From contig DATGVD010000232.1 of assembly GCA_035300785.1 (NCBI GenBank), positions 1-30,256 of the forward strand: a stretch of DNA of 30,256 nt. The letters are read 5' to 3'. Source of the stretch: Pyrinomonadaceae bacterium. GTDB lineage: Bacteria; Acidobacteriota; Blastocatellia; Pyrinomonadales; Pyrinomonadaceae. This document shows, in pieces, positions 1-10,188 of this stretch; within the stretch, counting starts at the first letter, position 1, and each line of letters begins with the position of its first letter. The translations under genes and the position numbers were made by a program. Below the pieces are notes generated by a model. It was not told where the DNA came from and searched no databases. It saw nothing but the letters and a program-made list of their open reading frames with translations.

Positions 1-2
1 AA

Positions 3-3000
3 AGAGATCGTGGAGGCGCGCAATCAACGGCACGGCAATCACGGCAGGTAATAGATTCGCTCGCCATTTTACCGATGAGAAACGAGAGTGGCGATCCCGG
101 CATGGAGTATTTCAGCGACGGCATCACCGAAAACATCATCAACGCGCTCTCGCAGCTACCCGGGCTCCGAGTGGTGGCTCGCTCGACAGTCTTCCGCTAC
201 AAGGGATTAGAAGTTGACCCGCGGGAAGTCGGGCAGCAGCTAGGCGCCCGCGCGGTTCTGACTGGGAGAGTAAGACAGGTCGGCGATGGGCTGATGATTG
301 CAGCGGAATTAATAGATGTTACGAATGACTCACAGCTCTGGGGCGAGCACTACAACCGGAAACTCTCGGACATTTTTGATGTGCAGGAAGAGATTGCTAA
401 AGAGATTTCCGAGAGACTGCGTCTAAAGCTGACCGGAGACGAGAAGAAATTTCTTGCCAAACGATATACCGCTAACCCGGAAGCCTACCAACTTTATCTC
501 AGAGGCCGCTACTTCTGGTACAAACGGACGGAAGAGGCTTTGCGGAAAAGCATTGAATACTTCAACCAGGCGATTGAAGAGGATCCCTCTTACGCCGCCG
601 CATACGCTGGACTCGCAGACTCTTATACGCTGCTTGCGCTGCGAGGAATCATAGCTCCGAGGGAGGGGCTTCTGAAGGCGAAGGCCGCAGCGCGAAAGGC
701 TCTTGAGATAGATGACTCACTCGGAGAAGCTTACGCCTCACTGGCCCACGTCAGACTTCATGACTGGGATTGGTCTGGCCTCGAAGAAGAATTCAAGCGT
801 GCCCTCAAACTAAATCCCGGTCATGCGATTGCTTACCACTGGTATTCAGAATATTTGATGGCGATGGGCAGGGCGGATGAGTCAATCGCCGTAGTCAAAC
901 AGGCCCAGGAGACAGACCCGCTCTCGCCCGTCATCACCTCGACTCTGGGCTTCGCATTCTTATTTGCGCGCAAGTACGATCCGGCGATTGAACAATTCCG
1001 AAAGGCGCTTGAGTTGGATCCAAACCACTTCTTGTCACACTACAGGCTCGGGCACATCTATTCGCTAAAAGGACTGCATCGAGAGGCCATCGAGGCGGCT
1101 CAAAAGTCTGTGGCCCTCTCTGGAAGGAGCACCGAAACATTGGCGGGGCTGGCACAGGCTTACGCGGCGGCGGGGATGAGCGAGGAGATGCAAAAGGTAC
1201 TTGACGAGTTAACTGAGCGCTCAAAAGAACGTTACGTCTCGCCGTATTACGTGGCGAAAATCTACGCCTCGCTGGGAGAGAAAGAGCAGGCGCTTCATTG
1301 GCTGGAAAAAGGTTACGAAGAGCGCAACCCGGATTTCATAGAGCTTAAGGTAGAACCTGTGCTAGACGTCCTTCGCACAGACGAGCGTTTTCGAGACCTG
1401 CTGCGCCGCGTCGGTCTGGCGCCGGCCGAAACTTTTCCGGCCACATCTTCAATCAGGACCGCTCTGAAATCGCCCCGGACTGGGCCATCGCGCAAGCGTG
1501 CTGCCAGCAAATCCATCACCTCTCTGGCTATCCTGCCGCTCGTGAACACCAGCGCCGATCCAAACATGGATTATCTCAGCGACGGCATCACTGAGAGCAT
1601 CATCAACAGCCTCTCTCAACTACCTAAGCTGAGGGTGTTGGCGCGTAGCACGGTGTTTCGCTACAAAGGTCGCGACGTAGATCCACAACACGTCGGCCGT
1701 GAGTTGGGAGTGCAGGCAGTGTTGACCGGAAGAGTTCTGCAAATCGGTGAACGTCTCATCATTGGAACGGAATTGGTTGACGTGGACGACGGATCACAAC
1801 TCTGGGGTGAGCAGCACCATCGGGCTATGGCCGACATCTTTGAGCTGCAGGAAGAAATCTCGGGACAAATCTCCGAAGCGCTGCGGCTTAAAGTTTCAGG
1901 CGCCCAGAAAAAGCGCCTCATGAAGCGCCATACAAGAAATGCTCAAGCCTATGAACTTTATCTCAGGGGTTGCTTCTTCTTCAACAAGCGTACAGAAGAA
2001 GATGCAAACCGTGGGATCGAGTACTTTCAGCAGGCGCTCTCGCTGGATCCAAACTTTGCTCTGGCTTACACGGGTCTGGCCGACTGCCAGATACTGCTCG
2101 GTGACGTCGGCGTTCAGGCAATACCGCCGAAAGAAACTTTTTTGCAGGGCCAGGGATCTGCCGCCCGGGCGCTGGAGCTGGACGATGCTTTGGCCGAAGC
2201 TCACGGAACGCTGGGGCACGTCAGCATGCATCTGTTTGACTGGCCCAGAGCAGAGAAAGAATTGCGACGCGCGCTTGAGCTAAATCCGAATATTGCCCAG
2301 GCTTGTTTATGGCAGGCCTATTATTTAGCTTTTACGGGCCAGTTCGAAGATTCCATCGCGTCGATCAACTGCGCTCTGCAACTCGATCCATTGGCGTTGC
2401 CGGTGAATACGAGCGCCGCAGAGCTGCTTTACTTTGCCGGCCGATTCGATGAATCGATGAATCAATTCCACAAATCCATAGAGATGGACGCGCACTACTC
2501 AATGGCGCATCTTGAGCTGGCGCGAGTCTACGAACACCGCGAGATGTACGATGCCGCGTTGGCCGAATTCGCGAAAGCCAGAGAACTCTCCCAGGACAGC
2601 CCTGAGAGCCTCGCTTCTTTAGCTCATTGTTATGCGGTTTCGGGCGCAACGACCGAGGCGAAAAAACTGCTGCATGAGCTGACAGAAATATCTGAGCGGC
2701 GATATGTATCATCTTATGATTTGGCGCTCATTCATAGCGGACTCGGTCAGAAGGAAGAATGTTTCGAATGGCTGAACCGAGCCTTTGAAATACATGACGG
2801 CTGGATGATCTACATCACAGTCGATCCGCGATGGCAAAGTTTGCGTAGCGACGCCAGATTTACGCGCGTCGTGCGCCGCGTCGGATTGCCGGTTCGGCAA
2901 TTTGCCACCCAGGAGCCGGAAGCTGAGCTTAAGTTGGAATCTCCTTCGGTTGAGTCCGCTGTGAACGCGTCCAGCGAATCACAGACGATAATTGGTACGA

Positions 3001-4535
3001 CAGATCGAACGATTGAAACGAAAGCCCTGGTACCCTCAACAGGTGAATTCATTGCCGCAGGGATCAAGCGCAATAAGATAGCGGTTGCTGCCGTGATGAC
3101 GCTGACTGCGTTGCTAATAGCCGCATTTCTCTACTCTACACTTACGTCCAGAGAAAGAACTATAGACTCACTCGCAGTGTTACCTTTCCAGAACGTTGGT
3201 TCGGATCCTAACACTGAGTATCTCTCAGACGGGCTCACGGAGAGTATCATTTATAGCACTTCACGCTTGTCCAATCTCAAAGTAATACCGCGCAGTTCTG
3301 TCTTTCGTTACAAAAGCCAGGAAGTAGATCCACAGACAGCAGGACACCAGTTAGGCGTGAGCGCGGTGATGACCGGCAGGGTAATTCAGCGCGGCGATGA
3401 TCTATCGATTAGCGCAGAGCTTATCGATGTTCGAGATAACACACTGCTCTGGGGCCAGCACTACACTCGAAAAATGGCCGATATTCTCGCGGTCCAGGAA
3501 GAGATCGCGAAGGAGATCTCTGAGAAGCTGCGCACGCTCACGAATGAAGAGAAGAAACAGTTGGCGAAGCGTTATACCGATAATGCCGAGGCCTATCAGC
3601 TTTATCTCAAAGGTCGATATTACTGGAACAAGCGAAGCCGAGACGGCTATAAGAAAGCCGCGGAGAACTTCGAACAGGCGATCGCTAGAGATCCCACTTA
3701 TGCGCTTGCGTATGCCGGCGTAGCCGACTGCTACAACGTTTTGCCTTCGTACGGCATGTTGCCGCCAAGGGAAGCCTTTGCCAAAGCGCGAGAGGCGGTG
3801 ACCCGCGCACTCGAAATCGATGACAAACTCGCTGAAGCACACACGTCGTTAGCCTATATCAAGAACTGGTATGACTGGGACTGGTCGGGCGCCGAAAATG
3901 AGTACCGGCGGGCCATCGAACTAAACCCAAACTACGTCACGGCCCATCAATGGCTCGCCCTCGAAATGGCCCAGATGGGCCGAATGGATGAAGCCACACG
4001 CGAGATCAAACGAGCCCAGGATCTCGATCCTCTGGGATTAATTGCGAACATCAATGCGGGGTGGATCTTCTATCATGCGCGCAAATACGACCGGGCCATA
4101 GAAGAAATGAGAAAATCGCTTGAGCTCGACCCTAACTTTGCTCGTGGGCATTGGGCAATCTCAGAACCTTTAGAGCAACAGCAGAAGTATGACGAAGCAA
4201 TTGCCGAGCTACAGAAGGCCCGGCAACTGGATGAAACTCCGATCATGCTGGCTTTGTTGGGCCATGTCTATGCCGTCACGGGAAAAAGGAACGAGACCCG
4301 AAAGATCATCGACGAGTTAAACGACCTATCAAAACGAATGTATGTCGATCCTTATTTCTTAGCTGAGATCTATGTGGCCCTTGGCGAACGAGATCAGGCC
4401 TTGCAGGCGCTTGAGAGCGCTTATGCACAGCGCTCGAGCTGGCTGGGCTGGCTAAAGGTTGAGCCCAAGTTTGACCAGTTGCGAGCCGACCAAAGATTCA
4501 AGGACATTGTGCGCAGAGTCGGCCTTACCCCATGA
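3..4535 (+). CDS. 5'-truncated large protein with three tandem TolB-N-like + TPR modules and one internal TM helix (module type usually found C-terminal to Ser/Thr kinases or adenylate cyclases)
   Basis: The frame is open from position 3 (…QVIDSLAILPMRNESGDPGMEYFSDGITE), so the ATG at 75 is internal. The motif (I/T)xSLA(I/V)LP…D…(E/D)YxSDGxTE(N/S)II recurs at about 51, 1515 and 3162. Each copy is followed by AYxLYLxG and TPR helices and ends RRVGL. A hydrophobic segment IAVAAVMTLTALLIAAFLY lies at 3078-3134. Confidence 0.85.
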   Translation, partial: RDRGGAQSTARQSRQVIDSLAILPMRNESGDPGMEYFSDGITENIINALSQLPGLRVVARSTVFRYKGLEVDPREVGQQLGARAVLTGRVRQVGDGLMIAAELIDVTNDSQLWGEHYNRKLSDIFDVQEEIAKEISERLRLKLTGDEKKFLAKRYTANPEAYQLYLRGRYFWYKRTEEALRKSIEYFNQAIEEDPSYAAAYAGLADSYTLLALRGIIAPREGLLKAKAAARKALEIDDSLGEAYASLAHVRLHDWDWSGLEEEFKRALKLNPGHAIAYHWYSEYLMAMGRADESIAVVKQAQETDPLSPVITSTLGFAFLFARKYDPAIEQFRKALELDPNHFLSHYRLGHIYSLKGLHREAIEAAQKSVALSGRSTETLAGLAQAYAAAGMSEEMQKVLDELTERSKERYVSPYYVAKIYASLGEKEQALHWLEKGYEERNPDFIELKVEPVLDVLRTDERFRDLLRRVGLAPAETFPATSSIRTALKSPRTGPSRKRAASKSITSLAILPLVNTSADPNMDYLSDGITESIINSLSQLPKLRVLARSTVFRYKGRDVDPQHVGRELGVQAVLTGRVLQIGERLIIGTELVDVDDGSQLWGEQHHRAMADIFELQEEISGQISEALRLKVSGAQKKRLMKRHTRNAQAYELYLRGCFFFNKRTEEDANRGIEYFQQALSLDPNFALAYTGLADCQILLGDVGVQAIPPKETFLQGQGSAARALELDDALAEAHGTLGHVSMHLFDWPRAEKELRRALELNPNIAQACLWQAYYLAFTGQFEDSIASINCALQLDPLALPVNTSAAELLYFAGRFDESMNQFHKSIEMDAHYSMAHLELARVYEHREMYDAALAEFAKARELSQDSPESLASLAHCYAVSGATTEAKKLLHELTEISERRYVSSYDLALIHSGLGQKEECFEWLNRAFEIHDGWMIYITVDPRWQSLRSDARFTRVVRRVGLPVRQFATQEPEAELKLESPSVESAVNASSESQTIIGTTDRTIETKALVPSTGEFIAAGIKRNKIAVAAVMTLTALLIAAFLYSTLTSRERTIDSLAVLPFQNVGSDPNTEYLSDGLTESIIYSTSRLSNLKVIPRSSVFRYKSQEVDPQTAGHQLGVSAVMTGRVIQRGDDLSISAELIDVRDNTLLWGQHYTRKMADILAVQEEIAKEISEKLRTLTNEEKKQLAKRYTDNAEAYQLYLKGRYYWNKRSRDGYKKAAENFEQAIARDPTYALAYAGVADCYNVLPSYGMLPPREAFAKAREAVTRALEIDDKLAEAHTSLAYIKNWYDWDWSGAENEYRRAIELNPNYVTAHQWLALEMAQMGRMDEATREIKRAQDLDPLGLIANINAGWIFYHARKYDRAIEEMRKSLELDPNFARGHWAISEPLEQQQKYDEAIAELQKARQLDETPIMLALLGHVYAVTGKRNETRKIIDELNDLSKRMYVDPYFLAEIYVALGERDQALQALESAYAQRSSWLGWLKVEPKFDQLRADQRFKDIVRRVGLTP

Positions 4536-4545
4536 TTATTAATGG

Positions 4546-4680
4546 AACGTCGTACTGTGGGTTTTGCAGATCGCCGCCGCGGGGATGTTCCTGATGGTAG
4601 GGTTCTTGAAATTGTCGGGGAATGCGCAATTAGTCGGGCTTTTTAAGGCCACCGGCCTCGGGCAGTGGTTCCGTTACCTC
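4546..4680 (+). pseudogene. DoxX-family membrane protein fragment
   Basis: Translates NVVLWVLQIAAAGMFLMVGFLKLSGNAQLVGLFKATGLGQWFRYL, a typical DoxX N-terminal half. There is an in-frame stop at 4540-4542 with no ATG between it and the fragment, and the similarity ends abruptly at 4680. Confidence 0.65.
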
Positions 4681-4877
4681 TGCGCCCGGTCATGGCGGAA
4701 TTGCAGATTGCCGACGTCAAAGCGCAGGTTGGGCTCTCGCTCTTCACGGACTTCGAGAACTTTAGCGTCTTCAAGCCGGCCCCCAAGCAAGAGCAGACAG
4801 TCAACACTATGCTTGACCAGGTGATCGCCTGGGGCGGCGCGTTGAAGTCGCTGCGGGAACTGACCGCTGATCACTAA
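4680..4877 (+). pseudogene. C-terminal fragment of an NADPH-dependent FMN reductase
   Basis: LRPVMAELQIADVKAQVGLSLFTDFENFSVFKPAPKQEQTVNTMLDQVIAWGGALKSLRE matches the C-terminus I recognise for this family. The N-terminal ~130 aa, including the FMN-binding GSxR loop, are absent. Confidence 0.7.
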
Positions 4878-4905
4878 CGGGAGTTTCCACATTGACTCGG
4901 GGAGC

Positions 4906-7323
4906 GTGACAAATTCGATGAAGGGACAAAATCAACAATCGGCGTTCGGGCATCCCGGAATTGAGCCTCGCTGGACGAGAAGCGCCAAAGATGGCGTGGG
5001 CACTGCTTACTCGGCCTCAAGCCGTGTTTGGTATAGCCTTTCTTCAGGAATACTCAACGAGATTTATTATCCGACAATCGACCGGCCGCAAATCCGTGAC
5101 CTACAGTTTCTGATCTCTGACGGCAAGACGTTCGTCCATGAAGAGAAGCGTCACCTACGATCCGAGATCGAGAGTCTCTCTCACCACGCGCTCGGCTTCC
5201 GCGTGACAAATTCAGATCCCGAAGGCCGTTACCGGATCGTCAAGGAAGTGATCGGCGACCCTCATCAGGACGCGGCGCTGATTCACACCAGGATGGAAGG
5301 AGACGAGAATTTTCTTTCTCAGCTGAAACTTTACGTTCTGCTTGCACCTCATCTCGAGGCTGGTGGCTGGAACAATAACGGCTACGTTCGGAAGGTTGCT
5401 GGACAAAAGATTCTCGCGGCTCACAAAGGCAGAACGTGGCTGGCGCTCGGCGCTACGCTGCCGCTGCTGAAGAGTTCTTGTGGTTATGTCGGTCGCAGCG
5501 ACGGCTGGACCGATTTGATGGACAACCTCCAGATGGATTGGGAGTTCCCTTTCGCGGCTGATGGGAATATTGCCTTGACCGGAGAGTTGGATTTGAGCAA
5601 GGGCTATGAGTTTGCTGTTGGCCTCGCCTTCGGCGACACCTTTCACAGCGCCACAACCACGTTGCTGCAATCGCTTGATGTGCCGTTCGACCGGCAGCGG
5701 CAGCGGTTTATCGAGCAGTGGGATCGCGCAAGTCGGCGGATAGTGCCACTTGAAAGTGCCGCAGGTGACGGCGGGAAACTTTACCACACCAGTCGTAGTC
5801 TCCTCTTAGCGCATGAAGACAAGCAGTATCAGGGTGCGATCATCGCCTCGCTCAGCATTCCATGGGGCGAGGTCAAGGGTGATGAGGACATTGGCGGTTA
5901 CCACCTGGTTTGGACACGTGATATGTGCAACAGCGCGATGGGCTTGTTGGCGGCAGGAAACATCGACACGCCCCGACGCGCGCTGGTCTATTTGGCAGGC
6001 ACCCAGCAAGAGGAAGGTGGCTTTTACCAGAACTTTTGGATCAATGGTGAAGCTTATTGGCGAGGCATCCAGCTCGATGAAGTCGCATTTCCCATCATCC
6101 TTGCGTGGCGTTTGCATGACGCTGGTGCACTGCGAAACTTCGATCCGTACCCCATGGTGTTGCGCGCCGCGCGTTACCTGATCCAGGAAGGGCCCGCCAC
6201 CCCGCAGGAACGCTGGGAAGAGGCCAGTGGCTACTCGCCTTCGACCCTCGCCTCAAACATCGCCGCGCTGACTTGCGCCGCCAGCTTTGCCCGCGAACGT
6301 GGCGACGATACGACGGCGCAGTTTATTCAGGACTACGCGGACTTTCTTGAATGTCATATCGAAGCGTGGACCGTGACCACTGAAGGTACGCTCGTGCCGG
6401 GAATTAATCGTCACTTCATTCGGATTAATCCGCTGGAGATTGGAAACCCGCAGCCGGATGAGGATCCCAATCGAGGCATCTTGAGGATTCCCAATCGCCC
6501 GCCGTTCGCCCAAGCCGAGTTTCCCGCCAGGGAGGTAGTTGACGCGGGCTTCCTTGAATTAGTTCGTTATGGCATTCGCAAAGCAGGGGCTCCTCTGATC
6601 GAAGATTCTTTGCAAGTGGTCGACGCTATGCTGAAAGTAGAAACGCCTTTTGGCCCATGCTGGCGTCGTTACAACCACGACGGCTATGGTCAGAGAGTAG
6701 ATGGTAGTGCTTTTCAGGGAACGGGCGTCGGACGCGCGTGGCCGCTGCTGACAGGGGAACGGGGGCATTATGAGTTGGCTGCCGGGCGCGATCCGAAAGT
6801 TTATATCACTGCTTTGGAAGCATTCGCCGGGTCGACAGGGCTACTGGCCGAACAGCTATGGGACCAGCCTGATAGTCCAAATGTGAGGATGAAATTCGGT
6901 CATCCGACAGGTGCACCGATGCCGCTGATGTGGGCGCACGGCGAATATATCAAGCTGCTTCGGTCTGCGAGCGAAGGCCAGGTGTTCGATCTCATCCCGG
7001 CAGTTGCGAATCGCTATCTGGAACAGAGAGACACTCGGCCCCTGGAGATCTGGAAGTTCAACCGACAACCCCGTTCCATCAACGCGGGCACGACCCTGCG
7101 CGTTCAGGCCGCAGGCAGCTTCGTGCTGCGTTGGACGAGTGATGAGTGGCGACAGGTCCGTGATTCGCCGTCGACGCCAACCGGCCTCCAACTCGAATTT
7201 GTAGACATCGATGTCCCAAAGGCGCAGCGCGCTCCGCTCCAGTTTACCTTCTATTGGCCAGGGGAAGATCGGTGGGAAGGACGGGATTTTCAAGTCGCCG
7301 TTAACAATTCTAGGAAGCGATAA
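4906..7323 (+). CDS. Glycoside hydrolase family 15 glucoamylase / glucan 1,4-alpha-glucosidase
   Basis: N-terminus AFGHPGIEPRWTRSAKDGVGTA, motifs GGYHLVWTRD, IQLDEVAFP, QERWEE (catalytic region) and PLMWAHGEY, and a C-terminal small beta domain. GTG start at 4906 with a GGGGAG RBS; ATG at 4918 is an alternative. Confidence 0.9.
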   Translation: MTNSMKGQNQQSAFGHPGIEPRWTRSAKDGVGTAYSASSRVWYSLSSGILNEIYYPTIDRPQIRDLQFLISDGKTFVHEEKRHLRSEIESLSHHALGFRVTNSDPEGRYRIVKEVIGDPHQDAALIHTRMEGDENFLSQLKLYVLLAPHLEAGGWNNNGYVRKVAGQKILAAHKGRTWLALGATLPLLKSSCGYVGRSDGWTDLMDNLQMDWEFPFAADGNIALTGELDLSKGYEFAVGLAFGDTFHSATTTLLQSLDVPFDRQRQRFIEQWDRASRRIVPLESAAGDGGKLYHTSRSLLLAHEDKQYQGAIIASLSIPWGEVKGDEDIGGYHLVWTRDMCNSAMGLLAAGNIDTPRRALVYLAGTQQEEGGFYQNFWINGEAYWRGIQLDEVAFPIILAWRLHDAGALRNFDPYPMVLRAARYLIQEGPATPQERWEEASGYSPSTLASNIAALTCAASFARERGDDTTAQFIQDYADFLECHIEAWTVTTEGTLVPGINRHFIRINPLEIGNPQPDEDPNRGILRIPNRPPFAQAEFPAREVVDAGFLELVRYGIRKAGAPLIEDSLQVVDAMLKVETPFGPCWRRYNHDGYGQRVDGSAFQGTGVGRAWPLLTGERGHYELAAGRDPKVYITALEAFAGSTGLLAEQLWDQPDSPNVRMKFGHPTGAPMPLMWAHGEYIKLLRSASEGQVFDLIPAVANRYLEQRDTRPLEIWKFNRQPRSINAGTTLRVQAAGSFVLRWTSDEWRQVRDSPSTPTGLQLEFVDIDVPKAQRAPLQFTFYWPGEDRWEGRDFQVAVNNSRKR

Positions 7324-7351
7324 ATCATGCATCATCCGAAACAGGCAGAGC

Positions 7352-7633
7352 GAAACGTGGCGTCGTCTGAAGGTCCGTTTTCCCGCGGACATCGCGACCC
7401 ACAGTACCGAGCAGACACTGTACTTTGATCAGCAGGGATTGTTGAAGAGGCACGATTACGACGTCGAAATCAGCGGCGGTACACCAGCCGCTCACTACGT
7501 CTCCGATCTCAAGGAGTTCTCAGGCATCGTCTTTCCGACGAAGCGGAGGATCTTCCCTCGGCAACCCGACGGCCATGCCGCGCCCGAAGCGTTGGTCGTC
7601 TCCATCGACCTGGATCAGTTTGTCCTTAGTTAA
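7352..7633 (+). pseudogene. C-terminal remnant of a conserved hypothetical protein (WRRL…RHDY family)
   Basis: ETWRRLKVRFPADIATHSTEQTLYFDQQGLLKRHDYDVEISGG…VSIDL resembles the second half of a widespread ~240-aa hypothetical protein. There is no in-frame ATG after the GH15 stop. Confidence 0.55.
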
Positions 7634-7746
7634 GGGATCTGACGAATTTCTCGATTGCTGTGACGCGCAACTTCGTCACAGCGACGGTCCGGGTTTTTCT
7701 CTACTGATTCGACTCTGGCGTCTCGCTTACCGGCGCCTGGGGGCGC

Positions 7747-7806
7747 GATCCGCGCCTCGGCCTTCCTGTTAGGATCATGATCTGGGAAGATGATCGCGAC
7801 AGTGTG
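7747..7806 (+). pseudogene. Possible DUF302-like remnant
   Basis: The short stretch DPRLGLPVRIMIWEDDRDSV resembles the DUF302 C-terminal motif. An upstream in-frame stop is present. The support is weak. Confidence 0.2.
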
Positions 7807-7976
7807 CCCTGGCCGCAGAGCGGCCAAATGTCTATAGCTCATGTAGCGGGAAAGAACCCTTTATTTGTTTGTTGCGAGAATTTCTGAGACACGATACTAG
7901 AAAGCTTGGCAGTTAAAGCCGTGAATTAGGCACGACAGCTCTCTAAGCGAACGGTGGCGGACAGGAAACTTTCCAG

Positions 7977-8408
7977 ATGAAGATCGCGATCGGCTCAGAC
8001 CACGCTGGCTTTAGATACAAGGAGGCGATCAAGCGGCTCCTTAATGAACTAGGACACGCGGTCGATGATTTCGGCACCGATTCGGAAGAGCCGGTCGATT
8101 ACCCTCTCTTCATCCGTCCCGTAGCTCTTGCCGTCGCAAGGGGCGAGGCCGACCGTGGCGTAGTGCTCGGCGGCTCCGGCAATGGTGAAGCTATGGTTGC
8201 TAATCGCGTCAGAGGAGTGCGTTGCGCTCTCTGCTGGAATATCAAAGCCGCGCGCTTAGCGCGACAGCACAACGATGCCAATATGATCTCAATCGGCCAG
8301 CGAATGATAACGGAGGAGGTCGCTTTGGAGATTGTGCGCACTTGGCTCGAGACGCCCTTCGAAGGTGGGCGTCACCTGCGCAGGATTCAGCTGATCGATC
8401 AGGAGTAG
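7977..8408 (+). CDS. rpiB: Ribose-5-phosphate isomerase B
   Basis: MKIAIGSDHAG, VDYP, GGSGNG, ANRVRGVRCAL, ARQHNDAN and FEGGRHLRR motifs; 143 aa. Confidence 0.95.
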   Translation: MKIAIGSDHAGFRYKEAIKRLLNELGHAVDDFGTDSEEPVDYPLFIRPVALAVARGEADRGVVLGGSGNGEAMVANRVRGVRCALCWNIKAARLARQHNDANMISIGQRMITEEVALEIVRTWLETPFEGGRHLRRIQLIDQE

Positions 8409-8443
8409 CACCACTCTTGGCGAAATCGGCAAAGAAACTTACG

Positions 8444-10057
8444 TTGACCAGGAAACATAAAGGAAAAGATTCCGCTAGTAGTGCATCGGCGTGGAGTCCT
8501 CTTAGCGGGTCCGTATTCCGGGCGCTTTGGATCGCAACCGTTATCTCCAACGTCGGAACCTGGATGCAGGACGTAGGGGAATCGTGGTTGATGACCTCGT
8601 TGACTCCCTCGCCAGTCCTCGTGGCGCTGGTAGAAACAGCCGGCAGTCTGCCAGTGGTTCTGGTGGCGCTGCCGGCGGGAGCGCTGGCAGACATTGTCGA
8701 CCGCCGTCGTTTGCTTCTGGTCATGCAAATCTGGATGTTCGTCGCCGCGGGCGCAATGGGTGTCCTCGCGTTGATGGGTCATGTGACTCCCAGCCGCTTA
8801 CTCTGGTTAACCTTTCTTCTGGGCATCGGATCGGCGATGAGTAATCCGGTCTGGCAAGCGATTACTCCTGAGTTGGTTTCTCCATCGGATTTGCCGGCGG
8901 CGATCACGCTGAGCGGCGTCGGCATTAACATAGCGCGGGCAATTGGTCCGGCGTTAGGCGGCCTCATCGTTGCCGCATCTGGCCCATGGGCTGTCTTCTT
9001 GCTCAACGCCGCTTCATTCATTGGAATAATGTTTGTCGTCTATCGCTGGCAACCCGCTCCGCGAAAGAGCAAGCTGCCTCCCGAAGATATGATTGGCGCT
9101 ATGCGTGCGGGCACACGCTATCTGCGCCACTCGCCGGAATTGCAAACCGTTCTGATCCGGAGCGGCATCTTCGTGACTTGCGCGAGCGCCCTCTGGGCGC
9201 TGCTTCCCCAGCAAGCCCGGAGACATTTGGGTCTGGGTTCGTTTGGTTACGGACTGCTTCTGGGTTGTATCGGTTTCGGGGCCCTCATCGGCGCGTGGTT
9301 GCTGCCGAAGTTGCGAGAGCGGCTGTCAACAAATCAATCGGTGGCCGCAGGCACGGTCGTGTTTGGCTTGACCACAATGTCTCTTGCCTATGTGCACTCC
9401 TTTGCAATGCTGGCCGTTACTCTGGCCGGCGGTGGGATCGCATGGATTGTGGTGTTGTCGAATCTGAATGTTGTAGCCCAGACCGTCACACCTTCCTGGG
9501 TTCGGGCGCGGGTCATGGCAGTTTACCTGCTGGTCTTCATGGGCGGTCTGGCTGCCGGTAGCGCCATCTGGGGTTTTGTGGCGGCGCGAGGCGGCGTCTC
9601 AGCCGCGCTGATGTTCGCCGCGATTGGTCTGATCATCGGACCTTTGGCGACATGGCGTTTTCGTCTTGTTGGTAACAACACTTTGTCGCTCACTCCTTCT
9701 ATGCATTGGCCCGAGCCGGTGATGATGATCGATACCGAGGGGTCGGAGGGACCGGCTATTACCCTCGTTGAATTTCGAATAGATCCTAAGACCGCCCCGG
9801 AATTCCTGCAGGCAATGAAAGAGATGAGGCGGATACGTCAGCGCGATGGCGCGATCCGTTGGAACTTACTGCGCGATACAGCGGACCCGCAAAGATACGT
9901 CGAGACCTTTGTCACTGAATCGTGGGCCGATCATTTGCGGCAACACGAAAGAGTCACCGCCGAGAATCGCGAAGTTGAGCAGCGCGCTCAGGCATTTCAT
10001 CTCGGCCCTGAGCCACCGAAGGTAACTCATCTAATCGCGGAAGAAATTCCGGACTGA
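8444..10057 (+). CDS. MFS transporter (MFS_3 / transmembrane secretion effector family) with a C-terminal ferredoxin-like small domain
   Basis: FRALWIATVISNVGTWMQDVG, GALADIVDRRR and ARAIGPALGG motifs, about 12 TM segments, and the tail RRIRQRDGAIRW…YVETF…SWADHLRQHER. The start is estimated at TTG 8444 because the ORF-track extension overlaps rpiB. Confidence 0.88.
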   Translation: MTRKHKGKDSASSASAWSPLSGSVFRALWIATVISNVGTWMQDVGESWLMTSLTPSPVLVALVETAGSLPVVLVALPAGALADIVDRRRLLLVMQIWMFVAAGAMGVLALMGHVTPSRLLWLTFLLGIGSAMSNPVWQAITPELVSPSDLPAAITLSGVGINIARAIGPALGGLIVAASGPWAVFLLNAASFIGIMFVVYRWQPAPRKSKLPPEDMIGAMRAGTRYLRHSPELQTVLIRSGIFVTCASALWALLPQQARRHLGLGSFGYGLLLGCIGFGALIGAWLLPKLRERLSTNQSVAAGTVVFGLTTMSLAYVHSFAMLAVTLAGGGIAWIVVLSNLNVVAQTVTPSWVRARVMAVYLLVFMGGLAAGSAIWGFVAARGGVSAALMFAAIGLIIGPLATWRFRLVGNNTLSLTPSMHWPEPVMMIDTEGSEGPAITLVEFRIDPKTAPEFLQAMKEMRRIRQRDGAIRWNLLRDTADPQRYVETFVTESWADHLRQHERVTAENREVEQRAQAFHLGPEPPKVTHLIAEEIPD

Positions 10058-10188
10058 CATTAGCTGCTGCTTAACCAACCGTTAGGGAGATTAGCTGATC
10101 CTAAAGCCTAAGCCAGGGTCCCAATTGTCAGCGCAAGTAGTGCGAATATGATAAGCCACAGACAATAGTGTCTTAGTTTGGGGATGAG

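Noticed and set aside
75-77. ATG at 75 as the start of the giant TPR protein
   Set aside because: The frame is open to the window edge and the conserved IDSLAILP motif lies upstream of it, so the gene is 5'-truncated.
8222-8443. N-terminal extension of the MFS ORF
   Set aside because: It overlaps rpiB in another frame and has no transporter-like sequence.
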